Assembly: GCA_903840315.1 (NCBI GenBank)
Contig: CAIMFK010000012.1
Coordinates: forward strand, 16,186 to 80,185
DNA: 64,000 nt
Direction of reading: 5' to 3'
Source of the DNA: an uncultured Candidatus Saccharibacteria bacterium
GTDB lineage: Bacteria; Patescibacteriota; Saccharimonadia; Saccharimonadales; UBA4665
Shown here: piece after piece, positions 1 through 10,294 of the stretch
Position numbering within the stretch: position 1 is the first letter of the stretch
Layout: the number at the start of each line of letters is the position of its first letter
Translations under genes and position numbers: made by a program
Notes under the pieces: model-generated
Told to the model about the DNA's origin: nothing
The model's database searches: none
The model's input: the letters and a program-made list of their open reading frames with translations, nothing else

Positions 1-159
1 AATACAACGATTTTTCCATCGTGTTGGTGATGAATTTCTTGGCAATTTAGCAAGTCCATCAAGATCACCGATGCTCTTAAGCTCATTACGCTTAGCTTCG
101 TATTTCTTGATCATCTTCTGTCTCTTTAAATCTCTAGCGATAATTGATTTCTTGGCCAT
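1..159 (-). CDS. rpsN: 30S ribosomal protein S14 (N-terminal part; gene continues past the left edge)
   Basis: My translation of the minus strand from ATG at 159-157 gives [28 protein letters not shown]...[13 protein letters not shown], an S14-like N-terminus. It lies directly downstream of rplE, as in spc operons. Confidence 0.85.
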   Translation of the reverse strand, partial: MAKKSIIARDLKRQKMIKKYEAKRNELKSIGDLDGLAKLPRNSSPTRWKNRCI

Positions 160-161
160 GG

Positions 162-731
162 TTAACTTTCCTTACCTTTCTCAAATGGCATGCCAAACTT
201 GACTAGCAATGCCTTGGAGTCAGACTTATTGTGGCACTTTACGTTAAATACTATCTGAATACCGTGTGGGGTATTAGTTTCTTCAAAACTTAGTTCAGGA
301 AATACTGACTGATCCGTCATTCCTAGGCTGTAGTTGCCCTGGTTGTCGAATGACTTATTGCTTACACCGTGGAAGTCTCTTAGTCTTGGAAGTACAACTG
401 TTACGAGTCTGTCTAGGAATTCATACATGTTATCACCACGTAATGTAACCTTAAGGCCGATCTTGTTGCCTTCTCTTAACTTAAATCCAGCAATAGATTT
501 TCTAGCAGCTGTTTGAACAGGATGCTGTCCAGTAATCTTTGTGATTGTGTTGGTAGCAACTTCCATGATCTTCTTATCGTCTTTAGCTTGACCTAGGCCA
601 ACATTTAAAACGATCTTAGCAAGAACTGGGACCTGATTAACGTTATCTAGTTTTAATTCTTTTTGAAGTTCAGCAACATACTTAGTTTTGTAATCTTGCT
701 TAAGTCTAGGAATATATTGAGTACTAGCCAT
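162..731 (-). CDS. rplE: 50S ribosomal protein L5
   Basis: 189 aa, [11 protein letters not shown]...NQVP.L.KIVLNVG, typical of L5. TAATG overlap with rplX. spc-operon order. Confidence 0.97.
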   Translation of the reverse strand: MASTQYIPRLKQDYKTKYVAELQKELKLDNVNQVPVLAKIVLNVGLGQAKDDKKIMEVATNTITKITGQHPVQTAARKSIAGFKLREGNKIGLKVTLRGDNMYEFLDRLVTVVLPRLRDFHGVSNKSFDNQGNYSLGMTDQSVFPELSFEETNTPHGIQIVFNVKCHNKSDSKALLVKFGMPFEKGKES

Positions 732-1072
732 TATGCTATCTCCTTGCCACTTGTCTTATAGACACGCTTCTTAGCACCATCTTTATCAACTTTATAAGCA
801 ATCTTAGATGCTTTTTTAGCTGACGCGTCGTAAATACCAAGCTTAGAAACCCACATAGGTTTTGTTAGCTCAACGATTGCTCCTTGGGGATAGGCCTTAT
901 TTGGCTTTACGTGCTTTTTAACAATGTTAATGCCTTCAACGGTAACTTTGTTTAGTGAAGGATGAGTGGTTACAACTTTACCGGTCTTTCCCTTGTACTT
1001 ACCACTTCGAACAATAACAATATCGCCCTTCTTAATGCGGATTTTGTACACAGTTTTAGCTTTAGTATTCAT
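731..1072 (-). CDS. rplX: 50S ribosomal protein L24
   Basis: 113 aa with KOW motif IKKGDIVIVRSGKYKGKTGKV. TAATG coupling on both sides. Confidence 0.95.
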   Translation of the reverse strand: MNTKAKTVYKIRIKKGDIVIVRSGKYKGKTGKVVTTHPSLNKVTVEGINIVKKHVKPNKAYPQGAIVELTKPMWVSKLGIYDASAKKASKIAYKVDKDGAKKRVYKTSGKEIA

Positions 1073-1440
1073 TATAGTACCTCCGGTGCTAGTGATATGA
1101 TCTTTGCATATCCTAGATCTCTAAGTTCTCTTGGTACAGGTCCAAAAATTCTAGTACCCTTAGGCATTTTATTGTCATCGATAATAACTGCAGCATTGTC
1201 ATCAAACTTAATTGTTGAACCATCTTTTCGGTTGATGTTGTATCGAGTACGGACAACAACAGCTCTAATAACAGACTTCTTCTTCACAGTACCTACAGGT
1301 GATGCACTCTTAACAGTAGCGACAATAATGTCACCTACTCGTGCATATCTTTTTCGTGTACCGCCTAGAACTCTTATGCAAAGGATTTCCTTAGCACCTG
1401 AGTTATCGGCTACAACTAGTCTTGATTCTTGCTGAATCAT
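1072..1440 (-). CDS. rplN: 50S ribosomal protein L14
   Basis: 122 aa, [18 protein letters not shown]...ARVGD, canonical L14. Confidence 0.97.
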   Translation of the reverse strand: MIQQESRLVVADNSGAKEILCIRVLGGTRKRYARVGDIIVATVKSASPVGTVKKKSVIRAVVVRTRYNINRKDGSTIKFDDNAAVIIDDNKMPKGTRIFGPVPRELRDLGYAKIISLAPEVL

Positions 1441-1709
1441 ACCTGAGTCTCCTCTTCTTTGTGAACGATAGCAGCAGCTTCAACTACTTTTTCAAGTTTA
1501 TGATGCTTTCGTGCACTAATTGGACGTGTTTCAACAAATGAAACTTTATCACCAAGCTTTGCTTCGTTCTTCTCGTCATGTACCATAAATTTCTTTGAAG
1601 TAGTGTACTGCTTCTTGTAAATCGGGTGAGTTCGTCGAGTCTGAACGTTAACAACAATTGTTTTGTCGGTTTTGTCAGAAACAACTTTACCTATGAATGT
1701 CTTAGCCAT
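1437..1709 (-). CDS. rpsQ: 30S ribosomal protein S17
   Basis: 90 aa, [14 protein letters not shown]...HPIYKK...HDE.N. ATGA overlap with rplN. Confidence 0.95.
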   Translation of the reverse strand: MAKTFIGKVVSDKTDKTIVVNVQTRRTHPIYKKQYTTSKKFMVHDEKNEAKLGDKVSFVETRPISARKHHKLEKVVEAAAIVHKEEETQV

Positions 1710-1909
1710 TATGCAGTCTCCTTCATTAGCTGTTCGCTGAGTACAGTTAGTACGCGGGCTAAATCTTTTCTCTTTAATCTTACAGCTCTAACATTAGAAA
1801 CTTCGCCTAATGCAATTTTTCTTCTCATTTCAGCAATTTCTTCTCTCAACTTAGTAGTCTCAGCAGTTAATTCCTGTGTGGTTAATTTACGAATATCAAT
1901 AGTTTTCAT
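1709..1909 (-). CDS. rpmC: 50S ribosomal protein L29
   Basis: L29-like MKTIDIRKLTTQELTAE. I moved the start to the second ATG (1909) because AAGGAGG abuts the first ATG (1918) with zero spacing but lies 9 nt before the second. Confidence 0.9.
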   Translation of the reverse strand: MKTIDIRKLTTQELTAETTKLREEIAEMRRKIALGEVSNVRAVRLKRKDLARVLTVLSEQLMKETA

Positions 1910-1910
1910 A

Positions 1911-2324
1911 CTATACATCCTCCTTAACCAAGAACTTGGTCTTTATAGGCAACTTATGTGCAGCAAGTCTCATAGCTTCGCGGGCAACAGACACATCAAC
2001 ACCTTGCATTTCAAACAATATAGTTCCAGGTTTTACTTTAGCTACGAAGAATTCAGGATTACCTTTTCCGCTACCCATCTTCACGTCTTGAGGTTTTCTA
2101 GTAACAGAAATATGTGGGAATATACGGATCCAGATTTTACCACCTCTTTTAACGTGTCTAGTCATAGCTTGACGAGCTGCCTCGATCTGACGAGCAGTAA
2201 TTCTTTCAGAGCCTTGACTCTGTAAAGCGAATTCACCGAAAGCAATAGTGTTACCACTAGTAGCAACGCCGGTAATACGGCCCTTTCGGATCTTTCTAAA
2301 TTTGGTTCTTTTAGGAGCTAACAT
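1911..2324 (-). CDS. rplP: 50S ribosomal protein L16
   Basis: 137 aa, [11 protein letters not shown]...GR, canonical L16 N-terminus. Confidence 0.97.
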   Translation of the reverse strand: MLAPKRTKFRKIRKGRITGVATSGNTIAFGEFALQSQGSERITARQIEAARQAMTRHVKRGGKIWIRIFPHISVTRKPQDVKMGSGKGNPEFFVAKVKPGTILFEMQGVDVSVAREAMRLAAHKLPIKTKFLVKEDV

Positions 2325-2953
2325 TACAGTACATCCCCTTTATAAATCCAAACTTTAACACCAATAAGTCCTGCAGGAGTGTGAGCATTTACATGAGCGT
2401 AGTCAATGTTAGCTCTAATAGTATGAAGCGGTACACTTCCTTGAACTTCTTTTTCTCTTCGTGACATTTCAGCACCATTAAGACGACCAGATACTTGGAT
2501 TCTAATTCCTTGAGCACCTGCACGCATTGTTGCAGCAGCAGTTGATTTAATTGCTCTTCTGAAAGATATTCTTCTTTCAATTTGATGAGCAATGTTTTCA
2601 GCGACTAATTTAGCGTAAAGGTCTGGCTTCTTAACTTCTTCAATATTAACTCGGCTAGGTACTTTATAAATTGCTTCGATTGCAGCCTTAAGTTCGTTAG
2701 CTCCAGAACCTCCACGTCCGATTACAACACCGGCTTTAGCAGTCATTATAGTAACAGTAACTAAGTTAGGTGAACGTTCGATGTCTACCTTGTTAATGGC
2801 AGCTCTTGAGCCTAACTTATCAATAATCATTTTACGAACTTTAAGATCTTGAGCTAAGTATTCAGCATAGTTACGCTTTGAAACGAACCACTTACTTCTC
2901 CAGTCTTTATTGACCTGTAGTCTAAAACTAATTGGATTTACTTTTTGTCCCAT
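2324..2953 (-). CDS. rpsC: 30S ribosomal protein S3
   Basis: 209 aa, [12 protein letters not shown]..., KH domain GVVIGRGG. Confidence 0.97.
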   Translation of the reverse strand: MGQKVNPISFRLQVNKDWRSKWFVSKRNYAEYLAQDLKVRKMIIDKLGSRAAINKVDIERSPNLVTVTIMTAKAGVVIGRGGSGANELKAAIEAIYKVPSRVNIEEVKKPDLYAKLVAENIAHQIERRISFRRAIKSTAAATMRAGAQGIRIQVSGRLNGAEMSRREKEVQGSVPLHTIRANIDYAHVNAHTPAGLIGVKVWIYKGDVL

Positions 2954-3345
2954 TACTTAGTCTCCTTAGCAGTCTTCTTTTCTGCAACTTCAGCTTTAGC
3001 CTTAACTTTTCGCTCTTCGCCGTCAACTACAACTCTCAAATGAGAAGTCTTGTGCTGATATGGATGAGCACTTCCTCGTGATACAGGACGGAATCTTTTG
3101 ATCCTTGACCCAGGCGTTACGAAGATTTCAGTTATAACTAGTGAGTCTGGTTTCATATTATGATTATTGTCAGCATTTGCACGTGCACTCTCAATAGTCT
3201 TGCGTACAGCAATAGCGGCTCGTCTTGGAGTGTGCTCAAGTATAACTAGAGCGTCCTTAACTGTGCGTCCACGAACTAATGATGCAACAACAGCAACTTT
3301 TCGTGGGCTGATCATTATTCCTTTAGATATAGCTTTAACAGTCAT
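2953..3345 (-). CDS. rplV: 50S ribosomal protein L22 (with Lys/Glu-rich C-terminal tail)
   Basis: 130 aa, ISPRKVAVVASLVRGRTVKDAL.IL. Position between S19 and S3. Confidence 0.95.
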   Translation of the reverse strand: MTVKAISKGIMISPRKVAVVASLVRGRTVKDALVILEHTPRRAAIAVRKTIESARANADNNHNMKPDSLVITEIFVTPGSRIKRFRPVSRGSAHPYQHKTSHLRVVVDGEERKVKAKAEVAEKKTAKETK

Positions 3346-3352
3346 AGTAAAC

Positions 3353-3628
3353 CTACTTCTTGCCTTTCGCTAATTTACCACCGTGTGATCGGAACTTACG
3401 AGTTGGAGAAAATTCCCCAAGCTTGTGTCCAACCATATTTTCGGTAATGAATACAGGAACATGAACTTTACCATTGTGAACTGCAATAGTTCTTCCTACG
3501 AAATCAGGAGTAATAGTACATGCTCTTGCCCATGTCTTGATAATTGTTCGGTCTTCAGCACCTAAAGCAGCTACTTTCTTTGCAAGCTTTGGATCGATAA
3601 ATGGACCTTTTTTAATTGAACGACTCAT
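3353..3628 (-). CDS. rpsS: 30S ribosomal protein S19
   Basis: 91 aa, [12 protein letters not shown]...[22 protein letters not shown]. Confidence 0.97.
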   Translation of the reverse strand: MSRSIKKGPFIDPKLAKKVAALGAEDRTIIKTWARACTITPDFVGRTIAVHNGKVHVPVFITENMVGHKLGEFSPTRKFRSHGGKLAKGKK

Positions 3629-3635
3629 ATCTTAA

Positions 3636-4490
3636 TTACCTCCGCTTCGCCTGGTGACGAGACCTTACTATAAATTGACTAGTACCTTTTCGACGTCTTG
3701 TCTTGAATCCAAGAGTCTTTTGACCCCATGGAGTCTTAGGCGATGTACCGTGGTTCTTACCACCACCAATACCGTGACGGCCACCATCACCACCACCGTG
3801 TGGGTGATCAACAGCATTCATAACGACACCACGTACTGAAGGTCTGATACCTTTTCGACGGTTACGACCAGCACTACCGATCTTAATGTTCTGATGTTTA
3901 ATGTTTCCAACTCCACCAATTCGGGCAGTACATGTAAGGTGCACTAATCTTACTTCTCCACTTGGAAGACGAACCTGTGCATAGTCTCCATCTTTTGCTA
4001 GTAGCTGAGCACTGTTTCCAGCACTTCTTACCATCTTAGCGCCAGAACCTGGAGTCATTTCAATTTCGTAGATAGTTGAACCTGTAGGAATTGCTTTCAA
4101 TGAAAGGAGGTTTCCGGTTTCGATTGGAGCATCATCTCCACTCTTAATTACTTGACCAACCCGCATACCGTTAGCAGCAAGAATATAATGATACTTACCA
4201 TTATTGTCCTTGATACGAGCGATTCGAGCAGATCGGTTTGGATCATATTCGATTTGTTCAACAGTGGCTGTAAGTCCAGCTTCCATTCTAAAATCTACTA
4301 TTCGATAAAACTTCTTAGCACCACCACCTTTATGTCGAACTGTGATTCGACCTTGGTTGTTTCTACCGTTGCCACGAATTTTAACAGCAAGTAATGACTT
4401 CAAAGGCTTCTTAGTAGTAATACCATCAAAGTCTTGGCTTGTCATTCCACGTCGAGCTGGAGATGTTGGGTTGTAAGTCTTAATAGCCAT
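3636..4490 (-). CDS. rplB: 50S ribosomal protein L2
   Basis: 284 aa, NPTSPARRG...GRNN.GRIT.RH.GGG...HPHGGG. Confidence 0.98.
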   Translation of the reverse strand: MAIKTYNPTSPARRGMTSQDFDGITTKKPLKSLLAVKIRGNGRNNQGRITVRHKGGGAKKFYRIVDFRMEAGLTATVEQIEYDPNRSARIARIKDNNGKYHYILAANGMRVGQVIKSGDDAPIETGNLLSLKAIPTGSTIYEIEMTPGSGAKMVRSAGNSAQLLAKDGDYAQVRLPSGEVRLVHLTCTARIGGVGNIKHQNIKIGSAGRNRRKGIRPSVRGVVMNAVDHPHGGGDGGRHGIGGGKNHGTSPKTPWGQKTLGFKTRRRKGTSQFIVRSRHQAKRR

Positions 4491-4840
4491 TATTTCTTCC
4501 CCTTAGCCTTAACTTCAGGCTTTTTCTTCTCTTCTTCAACAGCAAATATAGGCAAAGTCTGTCCTTCAGCAATTGACACGTAAGCCTTCTTGAAGTCACT
4601 GTTGCGACCAACGATAGCCTGACGTCCTCTTCTTGGAGTTCGCTTCTTCTTACCCTTAACACGAATCATGTTAACTTTTTCAACAGTTACACCGAACTGA
4701 GACTCAACGGCATGCGCAACAGTAGTTCGATTAGTTTCAAGTGGTACGATAAATACATAACGATTACTTTTTTCAGCAAAATTGAAAGCCTTTTCACTTA
4801 GTAGTGGTTTTAGAGCAATAGTTTTATAAATGTCAGACAT
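4490..4840 (-). CDS. rplW: 50S ribosomal protein L23 (Lys-rich C-terminal tail)
   Basis: 116 aa, L23-like core (KPLLSEKA...FIV). Position between L4 and L2. Confidence 0.93.
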   Translation of the reverse strand: MSDIYKTIALKPLLSEKAFNFAEKSNRYVFIVPLETNRTTVAHAVESQFGVTVEKVNMIRVKGKKKRTPRRGRQAIVGRNSDFKKAYVSIAEGQTLPIFAVEEEKKKPEVKAKGKK

Positions 4841-4841
4841 A

Positions 4842-5480
4842 TTATTTAGCCTCTCCTAACCATTCACTAATGCTCTTAAGAGCCTGTGAGGTTATTAGAA
4901 TATAATCAGCATTTGTAGCATCGTAGGTATTAACATATGTTGACTGAACAATCTTAACATTAGGTATATTTGCAGTAGCTCTAACTAAATCATCTGATTT
5001 AGTCTCAACCACTATTAATATTCGGCCGTCAATCTTGATCTTGTTTAGTAGTTCTACAAAAGCTGAAGTTTTTGCTGCTTTTAGCTTGATATCTTCAATT
5101 ACAACAATCTTATTATCATCTGCAGCAAGAGATAGAGCCTGGCGTATAGCAAGTCTTTTAGTCTTAACTGACATTTTAATCGTGTAGTTTTCTTCACCAG
5201 TTGGACCGAAGGTTATACCACCACCACGCCAGATTGGTACTCTGCTTGAACCGAATCGAGCACGTCCTGTACCTTTTTGACGCCATGGCTTCTTACCACC
5301 ACCTCTAACTTCACCACGAGTTTTGGTGACAGCTAGGTTAGGTCGACCATTAGCTAAGTAAGAAAGATATGATTTTTTAAGATTCTCAAAGTTTGTTGGA
5401 GTTACTCCGAAAACAGCCTTGTCTAGTTTAGCTGCGGTTGTTGCCTTAGTTCCGGCAGATGTAAAAGTAGCAACTGACAT
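4842..5480 (-). CDS. rplD: 50S ribosomal protein L4
   Basis: 212 aa, TRGEVRGGGKKPWRQKGTGRAR.GS.R.P.WRGGG. Confidence 0.97.
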   Translation of the reverse strand: MSVATFTSAGTKATTAAKLDKAVFGVTPTNFENLKKSYLSYLANGRPNLAVTKTRGEVRGGGKKPWRQKGTGRARFGSSRVPIWRGGGITFGPTGEENYTIKMSVKTKRLAIRQALSLAADDNKIVVIEDIKLKAAKTSAFVELLNKIKIDGRILIVVETKSDDLVRATANIPNVKIVQSTYVNTYDATNADYILITSQALKSISEWLGEAK

Positions 5481-5481
5481 A

Positions 5482-6096
5482 CTATTTAACTCCCTTTATA
5501 ATAACGATACCTTTACGAGGACCTGGAACTGCTCCTGAAACACCAATAACATTAAGCTCTGAGTTTATCAGCGCAACCTTAAGGTTCTTAACAGTGGTTC
5601 GAACATGACCTAATTGACCAGCCATTTTCTTACCCTTGAATACTCTTTGAGGGTACATAGAACCAATTGAACCAGGTTTACGAGTATTTCCTTTACCACC
5701 GTGTGTTTTACGCTGTCTGTGGAAATTATGTCGTTTTATTGTACCTGCCCAACCTTTTCCTTTACTGATACCAGTAACATCAATCTTGTCTCCTATTTCA
5801 AATGATTCAACATTGATCTTATCGCCAACAGTAAGCTCTTCTTCTCCATCGGTTATTTTAAACTCTCGGAAGTGCTTTGGTGTTGCTTTTGCATTCTTAG
5901 AATGTCCGATTTGCGCCTTGGCAATATTCTTATCTGATTCGAATCCTACTTGAACAGCTGAGTAGCCATCGATCTCGGAGTTCTTAATTTGGGTAATGAC
6001 GTTTTCGTTTACTGCCAATAAAGTGATAGCTTCAACAACACCAGCTTCATTGATGGTGCTTGTCATTCCAATTTTTCGTGTTATTAGAGCTTTCAC
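5482..6096 (-). CDS. rplC: 50S ribosomal protein L3
   Basis: The L3 N-terminus begins VKALITRKIGMTS. GTG at 6096-6094 is preceded by AAGGAA 9 nt upstream. The ORF-track start (TTG at 6135) sits inside a leader hairpin loop and adds non-homologous residues. Confidence 0.93.
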   Translation of the reverse strand: MKALITRKIGMTSTINEAGVVEAITLLAVNENVITQIKNSEIDGYSAVQVGFESDKNIAKAQIGHSKNAKATPKHFREFKITDGEEELTVGDKINVESFEIGDKIDVTGISKGKGWAGTIKRHNFHRQRKTHGGKGNTRKPGSIGSMYPQRVFKGKKMAGQLGHVRTTVKNLKVALINSELNVIGVSGAVPGPRKGIVIIKGVK

Positions 6097-6119
6097 TTTA
6101 TAGCATTCCTTAATTTTAA

Positions 6120-6145
6120 ATCTGATTTCTCGCAAATAATCAGAT
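6120..6145 (-). promoter_or_regulatory. 8-bp perfect hairpin (ATCTGATT / AATCAGAT, 10-nt loop) followed by TTTAAAATT, just upstream of the rplC Shine-Dalgarno
   Basis: Read directly from the sequence. It is one of three hairpins in the 193-nt rpsJ-rplC spacer. Confidence 0.4.
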
Positions 6146-6289
6146 AATAAAAATTCTTAGTTAGTGGTGGTTTCTTATCTTTATAGGAATAAGACCTTCC
6201 TAATAACTAAGTATTATTTAATAAATACCCATATAGGTTAACAGATATACGCTACATCTGTCAATATGTTGTATAAACTACTTCAAGAA

Positions 6290-6619
6290 TTACATCTTGA
6301 TTTCGACGTCACAACCAGCAGGAAGACTCAAGCTGGTTAGTGAGTCGATAGTTTTTGGAGTTGGATCATAAACATCAATTAGACGCTTATGAGTCCTCAT
6401 TTCGAATTGTTCACGACCTTTTTTATAGACGTGAGGGCTCTTTATTACGGTGAATGTAGATCGCTCAGTAGGCAAAGGGATAGGGCCAGATAATGTAGCC
6501 CCAGTCCTTAATGCTGTATCAATAATTTGCTTAGCAGCTTGATCAATAACTTTATGATCATATGCTTTTAATCTGATACGGATTCTTTGCTTAACGTCTG
6601 CTTTTTTAGTTTCTACCAT
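6290..6619 (-). CDS. rpsJ: 30S ribosomal protein S10
   Basis: 109 aa, [19 protein letters not shown]...A...[10 protein letters not shown]. Confidence 0.97.
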   Translation of the reverse strand: MVETKKADVKQRIRIRLKAYDHKVIDQAAKQIIDTALRTGATLSGPIPLPTERSTFTVIKSPHVYKKGREQFEMRTHKRLIDVYDPTPKTIDSLTSLSLPAGCDVEIKM

Positions 6620-6641
6620 AATATTTAGTGTAACTTAATCC

Positions 6642-7826
6642 TTATTTAATAATCTTAGTTACAACACCAGCACCAACAGTTCGTCCACCTTCACGGATAG
6701 CGAAGCGTAGACCCTGTTCCATAGCGATAGGAGCTAACAATTTAACTTTGAATGTGATTGTATCACCAGGCATAACCATTTCTTTATCAGCTGGTAGTTC
6801 AACTTCACCAGTTACGTCAGTGGTACGTAGGTAAAATTGAGGCTTGTATCCCTTGAAGAATGGAGTGTGTCGTCCACCTTCATCCTTTGTTAGGATATAT
6901 ACTTCTGAGTCAAATTCTGTGTGTGGAGTAATTGAACCTGGTTTAGCAAGAACTTGACCACGTTCGATGTTGTCTCGTTCAATACCACGTAGTAGGATAC
7001 CGACGTTGTCACCAGCTTGACCCTGGTCAAGATTCTTCTTGAACATTTCAACACCAGTTACAACTGACTTAGTAGTATCCTTAATACCAACGATTTCAAT
7101 TTCTTCGTTAACCTTAACGATTCCTTGTTCAACACGTCCGGTAGCAACTGTACCACGACCCTTGATTGAGAATACGTCTTCGATAGGCATTAAGAAAGGC
7201 TTGTCAAGAACACGCTTTGGTTCTGGAATGTAACTATCCATAGCTGTAACTAGTTCCATAATAGCGTCTTCGTTTTCTTTGTCGCCTGAAAGAGCTTTAG
7301 TAGCAGAACCACGAATAATAGGACAGTCTCGGTCGAATTCGTACTTCTCAAGAAGATCACGAATTTCTTCTTCAACTAGGTCAACTAGCTCTGGATCAGC
7401 TAAGTCCATCTTGTTCATGAATACTAAAATTGAAGGAACACCAACTTGCTTAGCAAGAAGAACGTGCTCACGAGTTTGTGGCATAGGACCATCTGCTGCT
7501 GAAACAACTAGGATAGCACCATCAATTTGTGCAGCACCGGTAATCATGTTCTTTACGTAATCTGCGTGACCTGGCATGTCAACGTGAGCGTAGTGACGCT
7601 TTTCGCTTTCATATTCCTGGTGAGAGGTTGCAATGGTAATACCACGCTGCTTTTCTTCAGGAGCATTATCAATCTGATCATAAGCAATAGGCTTGTTTAC
7701 TGCACTTGGTAATCTCTTAGCAAGTACTGTAGTGATTGCAGCTGTTAAAGTTGTTTTACCGTGGTCAACGTGACCCATTGTACCAACGTTTACGTGTGGT
7801 TTACTTCTGTCAAAGTTTTCTGCCAT
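6642..7826 (-). CDS. tuf: Elongation factor Tu
   Basis: 394 aa, [24 protein letters not shown](T)K G-motifs. Full-length EF-Tu architecture. Confidence 0.99.
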   Translation of the reverse strand: MAENFDRSKPHVNVGTMGHVDHGKTTLTAAITTVLAKRLPSAVNKPIAYDQIDNAPEEKQRGITIATSHQEYESEKRHYAHVDMPGHADYVKNMITGAAQIDGAILVVSAADGPMPQTREHVLLAKQVGVPSILVFMNKMDLADPELVDLVEEEIRDLLEKYEFDRDCPIIRGSATKALSGDKENEDAIMELVTAMDSYIPEPKRVLDKPFLMPIEDVFSIKGRGTVATGRVEQGIVKVNEEIEIVGIKDTTKSVVTGVEMFKKNLDQGQAGDNVGILLRGIERDNIERGQVLAKPGSITPHTEFDSEVYILTKDEGGRHTPFFKGYKPQFYLRTTDVTGEVELPADKEMVMPGDTITFKVKLLAPIAMEQGLRFAIREGGRTVGAGVVTKIIK

Positions 7827-7908
7827 GTGATTAATGACTCCTAAATTAAAGATTAATAATTTATATATATTCAGTACAATTTAAATAAAATGTACGTGTT
7901 ACCTGTCT

Positions 7909-7937
7909 AGTATAGAGAAAAAGTCTAAATTTGTAAA
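7909..7937 (-). promoter_or_regulatory. Candidate sigma-70-type promoter for tuf (TTTACA-17 nt-TATACT)
   Basis: Minus-strand -35 at 7937-7932 and -10 at 7914-7909 with a 17-nt spacer. A leader of about 75 nt with AGGAG follows before the tuf ATG. Confidence 0.5.
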
Positions 7938-7940
7938 GTG

Positions 7941-10028
7941 TTATTTAGCGTTTTTACTAATGATAGCTTCAGTTACGTGGTTTGGTACATCAGCGTAGTG
8001 ATCAAGCTCCATGGAACTTGATGCTCGGCCTTGTGTTGAGCTTCTAAGGTTAGTTGTGTAGCCAAACATTTCACCCAATGGTACGAATGAAGTTATTTCC
8101 TTAATTCCTGGGTTTAAATCACCCATATTTTCAATTCTTCCACGCTTTGCGTTAAGGTCACCAATAACATCACCCATGAATTCTTCAGGAGTTACAACAA
8201 CAACTTTCATAATTGGTTCTAAAAGAACTGGACTAGCTTTCTTAACACCATCTTGAAGTGCTATTGAACCAGCAATCTTGAAGGCCATTTCACTGGAGTC
8301 AACATCGTGATAACTTCCGTCATACAGTTCAGCCTTAACATCAACTACAGGGTATCCGGCTATAACACCGTTGTTCATAGCTTCTTCAATTCCAGACTTA
8401 ACAGCTGAAATATATTCAGTAGGCACGACTCCACCCTTAATAGAGTTGATGAATTCGTAACCTTTTCCTTCTTCGTTCTGAGATAATCTAATCCAAACGT
8501 GACCATATTGACCACGACCACCAGATTGACGAATGAATTTTCCTTCACTCTCGATAGCATCTTTTCGAATAGTTTCACGGTATGCAACTTGTGGTTGGCC
8601 AATATTAGCTTCAACGGTAAATTCTCGCTTCATTCTATCGATAATGATATCTAGGTGTAGCTCGCCCATTCCTGAGATAATTGTCTGACCAGTTTCGTGA
8701 TCAACATGAATTCTAAAAGTAGGATCTTCTTCAGCAAGTCTTTGGAGAGCAATACCCATCTTTTCCTGATCAGCTTTTGTCTTAGGCTCAATAGCAATAG
8801 ATACAGGTGGTTCTGGGAATGTAATGCTTTCTAGAATTATTGGCTTAGCTAGATCACATAATGTGTTACCAGTTGTTGTTCCTTTTAGGCCAACGATTGC
8901 TGCAATATCTCCGGCACTAATTTCCGTAACATCTTCTCGGGTGTTAGCTTGCATTCGAACAATACGTCCGACTCTTTCCTTTTCACCAGTAGATGAGTTA
9001 AGGATGTAGCTACCTGATTTCAATGTACCAGAATAGACTCTAAAGAAAGCAAGCTTACCAACAAATGGGTCTGTTGCAATCTTGAAAGCTAGAGCTGCAA
9101 ATGGCTCAGTAGCGCTTGGTTTTCGCTCAATTTCTTCACCAGTCTTTGGATGAGTTCCCCATGTAGACTTAGCTTCAATTGGACTTGGTAGAAAATCTCG
9201 AACAGCATCAAGTAGCTTTTCTACAATAACACCACGACCATCACCACCAGTTACAGCATAAAACTTACCAGTAAGTACTGCAGTTCTGACAGCTTCTCTA
9301 ATTTCATCTTCACTCAAACCTTCTTCACCGACTTCAAAATATTTTTCTAGAATTTTTTCATCTTCAGCAACTGCGTTCTCAATAAGGAGTGATCGATACT
9401 TCTTTACTTGATCCATCATATCTTCAGGAATATCACCTACGATAAGTTCGTGGTCGGTAAATTCCTTGTAGGTATATGACTTCATGCTAATTAGATCAAC
9501 TAAACCGTTGATACCTTGTTCAAAACCAATTGGTAAGTGAATAGGAAATGCTCGTTTACTTAATCTTCCGTGAATTGAGTCTAATGACTTATAGAAGTCA
9601 CCACCAGTTTGGTTAATTTTGTTAATGAAACAAAGTCTAGGAACGTTATACTTGTCAGCTTGTCTCCAAACCGTTTCAGATTGTGATTCAACACCCATCT
9701 TACCGTCGAATACTGTAACGGCACCGTCTAGAACACGAAGACTTCGCTCTACTTCAACAGTAAAGTCAATGTGTCCTGGAGTATCGATGATGTTTACTTT
9801 TGTATCTTTCCAGTAACAAGTAACGGCAGCAGCAGTAATGGTAATACCACGTTCTTTTTCTTGAGCCATCCAGTCAGTTGTGGTTTCACCTTCGTGCACA
9901 GCACCAATCTTGTGTTTTAAACCAGTCCTGTAAAGAATAGCCTCAGTAGTGGTAGTTTTACCTGCATCAATGTGCGCAATAATACCAATATTCCTTAGGT
10001 TTTCCATTGAGTATTTCTTCTCTGCCAT
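7941..10028 (-). CDS. fusA: Elongation factor G
   Basis: 695 aa, [24 protein letters not shown]-like NKINQ. AAGGAA lies 5 nt before the ATG. Confidence 0.99.
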   Translation of the reverse strand: MAEKKYSMENLRNIGIIAHIDAGKTTTTEAILYRTGLKHKIGAVHEGETTTDWMAQEKERGITITAAAVTCYWKDTKVNIIDTPGHIDFTVEVERSLRVLDGAVTVFDGKMGVESQSETVWRQADKYNVPRLCFINKINQTGGDFYKSLDSIHGRLSKRAFPIHLPIGFEQGINGLVDLISMKSYTYKEFTDHELIVGDIPEDMMDQVKKYRSLLIENAVAEDEKILEKYFEVGEEGLSEDEIREAVRTAVLTGKFYAVTGGDGRGVIVEKLLDAVRDFLPSPIEAKSTWGTHPKTGEEIERKPSATEPFAALAFKIATDPFVGKLAFFRVYSGTLKSGSYILNSSTGEKERVGRIVRMQANTREDVTEISAGDIAAIVGLKGTTTGNTLCDLAKPIILESITFPEPPVSIAIEPKTKADQEKMGIALQRLAEEDPTFRIHVDHETGQTIISGMGELHLDIIIDRMKREFTVEANIGQPQVAYRETIRKDAIESEGKFIRQSGGRGQYGHVWIRLSQNEEGKGYEFINSIKGGVVPTEYISAVKSGIEEAMNNGVIAGYPVVDVKAELYDGSYHDVDSSEMAFKIAGSIALQDGVKKASPVLLEPIMKVVVVTPEEFMGDVIGDLNAKRGRIENMGDLNPGIKEITSFVPLGEMFGYTTNLRSSTQGRASSSMELDHYADVPNHVTEAIISKNAK

Positions 10029-10060
10029 TTTTGTTCCTTACTTAATTAAATTAAAATCAT

Positions 10061-10291
10061 TTATTCACTAAAATAGTCTGTTTGCTCTGCAACCATGGAA
10101 TTAAGCTCCATGGCATCAACTATACACAAACCGCTCACTTCTTTATATGGAGGACATAGCTCAGTTATCTGTATGAGGGCTATACCTTGGCTTATAACCT
10201 TGTGCCCTAATTCCCTAATTAGATTCGGGCAACTTAGGCAGGGACTCTTTTCTAAAGAAGGTTGAAAATTGAAGCCGTTGAGCTCATGCAT
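10061..10291 (-). CDS. Hypothetical 76-aa ORF in the rpsG-fusA spacer (coding status doubtful)
   Basis: The ATG is 3 nt after the rpsG TAG, with GAGG 9 nt upstream. No family recognised. Many G/C-ending rare-looking codons (AGG, GGG, CCC, CCG, CTC, GGC). Could instead be non-coding RNA or spacer. Confidence 0.25.
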   Translation of the reverse strand: MHELNGFNFQPSLEKSPCLSCPNLIRELGHKVISQGIALIQITELCPPYKEVSGLCIVDAMELNSMVAEQTDYFSE

Positions 10292-10294
10292 TTT

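Noticed and set aside
962-2225. Long plus-strand ORFs (962-1435, 157 aa; 1626-2225, 199 aa) antisense to ribosomal protein genes. Similar ones occur at 16007-16423, 38067-38345 and 45667-46098.
   Set aside because: They lie fully inside well-supported conserved genes on the other strand. Their products are low-complexity and Ser/Leu/Phe-rich with no motifs, as is typical of antisense-frame artefacts in AT-rich DNA.
6097-6135. ORF-track N-terminal extensions using TTG or GTG: rplC 6135, rpoB 18621, clpP 19434, tig 20742 and tktC 61232.
   Set aside because: The extensions add residues not found in the homologous N-termini. A downstream ATG or GTG has a better SD or -10 context in each case, so the starts were trimmed rather than treated as novel N-terminal domains.
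10149-10215. Plus-strand segment GGAGGACATAGCTCAGTT..., which resembles a tRNA acceptor and D-arm.
   Set aside because: I could not complete a cloverleaf. The D stem has only 3 bp, the anticodon stem is mismatched, and there is no GTTCRANYC T-loop or matching 3-prime acceptor strand.
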